A DNA stretch of 64,000 bases from Octopus vulgaris. Lineage: Eukaryota. Position 1 is the first letter of the stretch, and the number at the start of each line of letters is the position of its first letter. The DNA lies in NCBI GenBank assembly GCA_951406725.2, contig OX597821.1, forward strand, positions 21,824,001-21,888,000, given 5' to 3'. A program made the position numbers and the translations under genes. Below the pieces are notes generated by a model that made no database searches, had not been told where the DNA came from, and worked only from the letters and a program-made list of their open reading frames with translations. This document shows positions 55,793 through 64,000 of this stretch, piece by piece.

Positions 55793-56498
55793 CCAGGAAT
55801 TTAAATCTCCAAAACAAATGCGCAGCAAGCTATTCGAACAAAACTCTTTTGCAAAACTCTTTTAGATGTCCCCATTGGCGGCGGCACACATTTCTTGCAT
55901 GCAATTGAAGCCTAAGATAATTAACACCTTGATGTCCTTTGGAAAAAATTTTGAAAAAAATTTTGAATTAAATGTGTAAGGGGAAATTACTCCCCTTTTA
56001 GCGTATGATCTGCTACTTATTTGGTGACAGTATCGGGGATTGTACTCCCCTTGTTTTGACAGGTCATCTGTTTACAAACTGGCCACAGACGAACACACAG
56101 ACACAGGCTTTTATCAGCCGCGTGACCAACAATATCAGCAATATACTTTCCCTCTAGCTGCTTCCTAACATACTGCCACACATACACAGGCGCACACACA
56201 CATACATGTAGGTAGGTTCTCACACCTAAATAAGATAGCTTTCATTCTTAAAACAATCCGAACATTAACATTAGTTATACAGAATATATTCACACCCTTT
56301 GGTTTTCAGTAATTCTTCCCCTACCAGATTTAACCGCAGTTTGACCTCGATTTATTCCAACGGACTTTTTCGTCGGCCTTCACACACCCTGATGTCAACG
56401 CACATTGAGAGACAGTTTTGTGCCATACCATGGGCTCCTAGGGAGCGTTTTGTTCGAATAGCTTGCTGCGCATTTGTTTTGGAGATTTAAATTCCTGG

Positions 56499-56584
56499 AT
56501 TTTCCTGAAGAGAAAGCTGCAAAATGGTCTCCTTATTCAATCCGAATTTGGAAATTTGCAGCCTTTGAAACATGTGTAGAAAAT
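56499..56584 (+). ncRNA. Type-I hammerhead ribozyme with extended stem II
   Basis: attttc-CTGAAGA-gaaagctgcaaa...tttgcagccttt-GAAA-catgtg-TA-gaaaat. Stem I attttc/gaaaat, GUA site. Confidence 0.75.
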
Positions 56585-56796
56585 AATAAAAGGAATTTTT
56601 TAGAATCTTCGTTCAGCTCCATTTCTTCCCTTCACTAAATATATAAAACTTCAATTATCCGCGCTAAGGCACGGTTGCGACACCCCATGGTCGTAACCTC
56701 AACCGTGTTTTTTCTGTTGTGATTTTTGCTACCCAGGTATCGGTTAAATTTTGAATAATCCGTAACAAGATAATTCATTTATCCATTTCAATAAAA

Positions 56797-56854
<58 letters not shown>

Positions 56855-56855
56855 C

Positions 56856-57120
56856 AATTGCAGCGTGGAAGGTGTTTATAAGCCATTTAAAAAGACACAC
56901 AAAAACCGTTAGATTCACTTCCACATTTAAATTTAATTTGCCAAAATATTTTTGTCAGTGAATAGGTCGCAGTCTCAAAGCGACAAAAATATTTTGACAA
57001 TTAAATTTAAATGTGGAAGTGAATCTAACGGTTTTTGTATTAAAGCCTTCCACGCTGCAATTGTTTTTGTTTCAGCCCACGATCTCAGACCAGATCATTT
57101 GCTATGCAAGTACATCTCCT
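56856..57120. mobile_element. Second fold-back element of the 39127-39452 family, with a decayed G3-type hammerhead at 56952-57000
   Basis: Inverted arms at 56856-56952 and about 56985-57064. Motif ttgtca-GTGAATA-g-gtcgc...gcgac-AAAA-atatt-ttgacaa. Confidence 0.75.
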
Positions 57121-57914
57121 TAAAATATATATATATCTTCATTCAATTTTGGGAGATTAATCGATATGCAGGTCCAATATAAGCCTTATTTACAATTTTA
57201 TTATTATTGTTCTTACAGCTAACTATACATTTGTAAATTACATTATCGATATTACAATCATTGGGGAGCTTATATTTTGTCTTATTACGACATGAACATT
57301 TAATACCGATGATGTCTACTAATAATGATATTATAAAAATATAGAAAATAAAAAGGATACTATATGGTTAATTATTCCGAATGGGGCTCAAGTTATGACT
57401 AATATTATTAAGAAAACATTTAAAATAGTAAATAGTTATTCAAATATATTTTCCAATAAAGCAAAAAGAGTGAGATACTTAACATCGAGAAATGTAGGCA
57501 ATGTCATTTACTCTATAAATAATAAGAAATTAAATAATTATTATAATAGCATAATAAATAATAGCTCTATAATATAACCGATAGTGATAGAAGTCTTATT
57601 CAACATATAGAAAAATGTTCGCGTCGTGATAAGAGTAATTGTAAGCTCTCTAATAATTGTGATATCGATAATGTAATTTATAAGTGTATAGTTAGCTCTA
57701 AGAACAATAATAATAAAATTATAAATAAGGTTTATATTGGATCAACAGCTAATGAAATTAAAAAAAGAATATCCCAATACTACCAGACCTTTAAGAATTC
57801 CAATTTAGGCAGGTCTACAGGCTTAAGTAAAAATATATATGGGAATTAAAATCTAGAAAAAGAGAGTACACCCTTAATTGGAGTATTATAGGGAGAGCCC
57901 ACTCCTATAATATT

Positions 57915-58407
<493 letters not shown>

Positions 58408-59219
58408 ACTTGGGAGAAAATATGTTTATTATGCATAACAGAATTTATGAAACTACTACAGTTTAGAGATGAATTATTAAATACATATGATGAACGAGGA
58501 GTGAGATGTAGGCACCGAAGTAATTTTACATTAAGTAAAATGAAGTACTTAAACCCCCAACCCCTGAATCAAATAACCACATAATTTTATTTCTAAAGCA
58601 CTTTAATAGACTATATAAATGAAAAATAATGCAATAATTTAAATATATATATATAAATTAAATATTACTAAAATTATATAACAAATTATATATACCTCAC
58701 AATATAGGTAATTTTGAAAATAATAATAGAGGATAATCTAAAATTAAAACTATGTATAGTGTAATTACCCCCTTTGTACTAATCACCTATAAATACCCAT
58801 AGTTCCCTGCTATCTTCTTCCTTTAATCACCATTTTAGTACCAGCAAAAAAAGGAAGATATGTATTTGATTTTTACTTGTTATATATCACATGTAAACAC
58901 AGATATTTTTTATTCTGAAGTATAATCATATATCTCACATTCTGTATTTGACATATACTTGATTTTACATGATTGATATATATATATACTAATTCATATT
59001 TATAATGTATAACTTACAAAATTTAAATCTTAATATTACTTAGTATAATTTTTATTTTTAATTTTTAATTCTTAATTCTTAATCTTTAATGCTTAATTGT
59101 ATTGCTTATTTTTTAAAGAGATGTAAAATTAAATATATAATATTTTGAAAAAGAACCTGAAGATGTGTTGGAATAATCGTAAATCTGACGATTGCATATA
59201 TGTATTTATATATGTATAT

Positions 59220-59250
<31 letters not shown>

Positions 59251-59295
59251 TATATATATTCATATATGTATGTATGTATATATATATAGATAGAT

Positions 59296-60410
59296 AGATA
59301 AAACTTACTTGGAAGAGGATGCGTGGCGTTCGATCATATAATAACAAAATAATAAATAAAACCTATGCACATATACATATATACATATGTGCATACCTAC
59401 ATCTATATGTATATATACATGCATACATGGGTACAGGACACCAAAACGTAGAACACAATTAGAAACGAAAACATAAAAACAAAAACATGGAAACGGACTT
59501 TTTTTCAAACAACGAAAAAGCAGAGTACAAGACATAAAACACAAGGAATATCCCCCTTCTTCAGTTGCCCCAGTTTCGACTACTCCATGTTTCGAAGGTA
59601 AAGGCAAGACACGACTTCTTTGAAATAGTCCCTCCCGCAAAGCAAATTAAATAAAATTTAGGATTTTTTGCGGAGGGGTAAAAGTGGTAACAAGAACAGG
59701 ACAGTAAAAACAAAACAAGACCGTAAAAACAATACAAATAACAATAGTAAAAGACAGGACAACGAGAATAACACAGTAAAAACAAACGATAAGGGCTCTT
59801 AAGCCGAGACGAAGGGAAAATTATTTTGAACGCATTGAGAAAACGGCTTACGAGGACAGGATAAGCCGTGTAGACTTGTTGAAGGCAGTAGTCAGAAAGA
59901 AAGTTACCCTGTGGTCACGTGTCAGAGACGAGAGGGAGGAGGAGGAGCAAGAGAGAGGGAACGGTGGAAGGGAGAGGGGAAGAATAGGGAAGGGTAGGAG
60001 ACAAAACCAGAAAGGATGAAGAATAAGAGAGGGAGAGAGACAGGCAAGGAGGAAAAGTGAAGAAGAAAAGTAGAGTTAAGAGTGCGCATCATAATTATTA
60101 AGATAAAACTTACTTGGAAAAGGATGCGTGGCGTTCGATCATATAATAACAAGATAATAAATAAAATCTATGCATATATACATATATATATATATACATA
60201 CCTACATCTATATGTTAATATACATGCATGTATGGGTACAGGACACCAAAAAAACCTAGAACACAATGAGAAACGAAAACATAAAAACAAATATATAGAG
60301 ACGGACTTTTTTCAAAGAAAAAACAGAGTACATATACATATAGATATTGGTATGTACATATATGTATGTATGTATATATGCATATGTTTTATTTATTATT
60401 TTGTTATTAT
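59296..60410 (-). mobile_element. Element with ~235-bp direct terminal repeats plus a short inverted piece (Penelope pseudo-LTR-like)
   Basis: 59296-59529 repeats at 60101-60332. 60335-60410 is an inverted copy of part of the repeat. Confidence 0.6.
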
Positions 60411-60619
60411 ATATATATATATATATATATATATTTGAGTATTTGAATGAATTATCTTGTTATGGATAATTCGGTTAACCGATACCTGGGTAGCAAATTC
60501 ATATCAGAGAAGACACGTTTGAAGTTACGTGCTTTCGTGTGGAAACTTGTATGTTTTTTTTTTTAAATATAAATATATGAAAGAATGGAGTGGAACGACG
60601 AATTAACAAAATTCCTTTA

Positions 60620-60702
60620 TTTTCGACATATGTTTCGAAGGCTGCATATTCCTAATTGCGAAGGAATAAGGAGTATATTATGCCGCTTTCTCATCAGGAA
60701 AA
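60620..60702 (-). ncRNA. Type-I hammerhead ribozyme, diverged member of the 56499 family
   Basis: ttttc-CTGATGA-gaaagcggcata...tatgcagccttc-GAAA-catatg-TC-gaaaa. Palindromic ACATATGT stem III, GUC site. Confidence 0.8.
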
Positions 60703-61323
60703 GCAAGGAACTTATGTCAACATCAAGATGCACAAAAAACTTTTAGATGACTGCTCATATATAACTACAGTTGCGTATACGTATTTATATTGTAACCTTC
60801 CAATACTGAAACACGTGTAGTTCCTTCATATTTAATAAATTTAAGTATTAACTAAAGTAGGAGATGTGTAATGAAGTATAATATATATCCTGCTGGTAAT
60901 TTTGGTTATATCCTTTAAGTATTAATTCGTGATGTGCCAACTGATACCTTGAGTTTACTTTCAGATATACTCATTGTGTTATTTTTTGTATTATCTAAAA
61001 TAGAATACCCGCATATCGATTGAATTAATATTGACTTTTATCAGATACTTTGTATTTTTATAGATAAATATATAAACATACGTTAAAAAAAATACTGCAA
61101 GGTACGATATATAGATACATATAATGATGAAGAGTTCTACCTCATTGATTTGGAATTTTGTTTTCCCAAATTATATCTATATATATATAGGTAAATTTGA
61201 AAATGGAAGATAATTTACAATTAAAGCTAGTGAAATTACCCCCTTTCAATATGTGACCGCGTGTGTATCGTTGGCGACTTTCTTTCTCCCACTTCCCTTC
61301 TTTAGACCTTTCTTTTTTATATG

Positions 61324-61356
61324 TTTCTGACGAACAGCTCCGCTCGAAACATTAAA
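61324..61356 (+). ncRNA. Degenerate minimal hammerhead motif
   Basis: ttt-CTGACGA-a-cagc tcc gctc-GAAA-ca-TT-aaa. Same architecture as 43298-43333, with two apparent decay substitutions. Confidence 0.45.
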
Positions 61357-61439
61357 TCCTCCTTCTTTCTTTCCTTTCTTGAGCGTTGTTCCACGTCTTC
61401 GCGTTGTTGTGTTTTCTCTTTGTGTTTTCGTGTTTGGAT

Positions 61440-61477
<38 letters not shown>

Positions 61478-62144
61478 GACATAAATATAACATACATACA
61501 TGAATATGTATGTATATATACATTCATATGCATGTATGAATGCTTGTGTGCATATGCGTCTTATGTATAATATTGTTTCCCATAATGTCTAAAACATATG
61601 CAGATTTGTAAGTATGTGCGTGTGTGTGTATGTGTGTGCGTGTGCATGTGCGTGCATGTATGTGTGTGTGCGTGTGTGTGTGTGTGTGTGTGTCTACTTG
61701 CTGTGTCTACTTGCTGAGTATAAATAGTATATCATACATAGCAACACATCAAACTATATAATGATAAAAGACGAACTCAAAACGAGAATGTTTTCCCTCT
61801 TAACGATAGAAATCCACGATGATAAATGGACTAAGGCTTTGTGAAAAGCTTATCGGCCATTGAACACCCAGGAAGAGAAGAGAGAAATGAGAAGGGGGAG
61901 AGAGAAGAAAGCGTTGCAGGTTGTTCGAACTAAAGAGAAACATCGTTGGAAGATTTCCTCTCTGCATTCTCTTTAAATATCGCCCTATGACTATAATCCA
62001 GACAAAGCTATTAACTTGAATTAAATCTGAGATATATCAACATGGATACTCGTGTTATGAATGACGTCATGCACTTCCTCCTTTCTCATCCACGCTCTCT
62101 CCCTCTCACTATGTATGTATGCATATATATATACATACATACAA

Positions 62145-62188
<44 letters not shown>

Positions 62189-62189
62189 C

Positions 62190-62830
62190 TTTAAATTGTT
62201 TCAGCTTTAAAGCTGCGCTCATGCCGGGGCACCGCCGTTCGCTGTGCTACAACATTATTTTAAAACCTCTTCTGAAATGTGGCATTTGATGAATGAGAGA
62301 ACTTGATGCTGCTGCCCTCGTCTGTTTTCCCTGCTGTGAAGTAGGCTCATCTGGAACTCTTGACGGCTGGAGATCCACTTTTGTTTTGAAGGCACCTACA
62401 TCCACACCATACAGGTTTCTCAGGCATTTTGGAAGGATACTGAAGAGCTGTGGGCCCTTGAAACCCAAGCCGTTGCCGTATCTGGTCCTGTATTTTGATG
62501 GTGATGCTGGGATCTTTGGCACTATGCAGTGGCACCCCGTTCTGCTGTTTGTGTAACTTACAATGCCAAAGTTTAGTACAACACCCTCCAGGATTTTCCA
62601 GTTGTATATAACTGCATATCTTTCCAGCCTTCGTCCAAGGGAGAAGGGTTTTAACTCTTTCAGTCTTTCCCATTAGCTGATGTGTTGCATTGAGACGACT
62701 TTCTTTGTGCGGCTTCGTTCGATTGCTGCGAGTTCCGCTGTTGGTTCTATACTGTGCGGTGTCCATAGTTGGGAGTAATCCAAGCGGCTGAGGATGTAGG
62801 TCATCCAAAGGACCATCATTGCTTCTTGAT
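62190..62830 (-). mobile_element. CR1/L2-group LINE 3' fragment, same family as 9185-10330
   Basis: KYRTRYGNGLGFKGPQLFSILPKCLRNL...FKTKVD...VPDEP...AASSSLIHQ. Confidence 0.85.
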
Positions 62831-62904
62831 AGATATATATTACTTGATCCAACCACTGGACTGCGTCATTAATGTGACGCCACCTCGATTGACTTCAATC
62901 GAAA

Positions 62905-63051
62905 GAATCGACCCAATTCGTTTTCCTTTTTTCTTCAGCCTAGTACTTATTTCTCTTTCGCCGGTCTTTTTGCCGAACTGTTAAGTTACAGAGGTATAAA
63001 AACACCAACACTGGTTATCAAACGGTTGCAGGGTAAAAACGCAGACACAAT

Positions 63052-63112
<61 letters not shown>

Positions 63113-63272
63113 GAAGTGCCTCTTTCAGTTTCCGTCTACCAAATCCACTCACAAGGCTTTGATCGGCCCGAGGCTATACCAAAAGACACTCGCCCAAGGT
63201 GCCACGCAGTGGGACTGAACCCGGAACCATGTAGTTGGTAAGCAAGCTTCTTACCACACAGTCACTCCTGCG

Positions 63273-63276
<4 letters not shown>
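62905..63276 (-). mobile_element. SINE family B
   Basis: Match to 27200-27616. Confidence 0.8.
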
Positions 63277-63341
<65 letters not shown>

Positions 63342-63696
63342 GGATGGGGTTGTGCCTGCGTCTGTGTATGTATGTATGTACGTATGTATTTCTATATGTG
63401 TGTCTTCTGCTAGTTTGAAAAGCCCATGTTTGCTAGCTTTAATGGTTTGTTTATTTGTTTTTGAATGTTCAATGTTTCTGAGAATTTTTTTTTTTACTTG
63501 CAATATACTATTATCAATCATTTTTCTCTCGAGATTGTTGCTGGCTCTTTGAATATATTCTTTATTTCTTACAGTTTTGTTCATAGCGTTTATTTAGTTA
63601 CTGTTTGTGATTTGTTTGTTTCACTCATGCATATACTTACACACATGCACACACGCGCATACGCCTGTGTGTGTATGTGAGTATGTGTGTTTATAA

Positions 63697-63737
<41 letters not shown>

Positions 63738-63837
63738 GAATAGACAGATAGTTATAAATATACTTGTACACATACATATATACATTTAAGTGTATGTGTC
63801 TATACATGCATGTATATACATATATGTATATACACAC

Positions 63838-63878
<41 letters not shown>

Positions 63879-63881
<3 letters not shown>

Positions 63882-63912
63882 GCATACATATTTTGATCTG
63901 TAAGCATATATT

Positions 63913-63946
<34 letters not shown>

Positions 63947-63984
63947 CACAAATATATGCTTACAGATCAAAATATGTATGCGTG
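63879..63984. repeat. Perfect 39-bp inverted repeat centred on a (TA)n tract
   Basis: cacgcatacatattttgatctgtaagcatatatttgtgt and acacaaatatatgcttacagatcaaaatatgtatgcgtg. Confidence 0.9.
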
Positions 63985-64000
63985 ATATATATATATATAT

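Larger units (their letters stand above)
55652..56790. mobile_element. Penelope-like insertion with ~195-bp inverted terminal arms, each containing a hammerhead
   Basis: 55652-55845 is a near-exact reverse complement of 56447-56640. The tail 56640-56790 is homologous (inverted) to 55000-55150 and 60436-60560. Confidence 0.75.

Overview
Repeat-saturated, AT-rich eukaryotic genomic DNA, most consistent with an octopod cephalopod (Octopus-like). This call rests on the (TA)n/(CA)n/(GATA)n/(ATT)n load, the tRNA-derived SINE families and an invertebrate-code cytb NUMT, and is an inference rather than a database result. No intact protein-coding gene is visible, and nearly all listed ORFs are microsatellite read-throughs. 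The window holds decayed non-LTR retrotransposons (CR1/L2-group, R4/Dong, an RTE-like 3' end with three C2H2 fingers, Penelope GIY-YIG remnants), Tc1/mariner elements with TIRs, three Helitron copies (two forming a ~1.06 kb palindrome) and dozens of SINEs. The most striking unexplained signal is about a dozen minimal type-I hammerhead-ribozyme motifs, several inside fold-back inverted repeats. They include covarying core variants at positions 3:8 (C3:G8, G3:C8, U3:A8). Strong isolated splice signals in the few unique-sequence islands (a zero-length AG|GTAAGT site, ATG|GTAAGT, a 4-nt microexon candidate) hint that the window lies inside a long-intron gene on the + strand.
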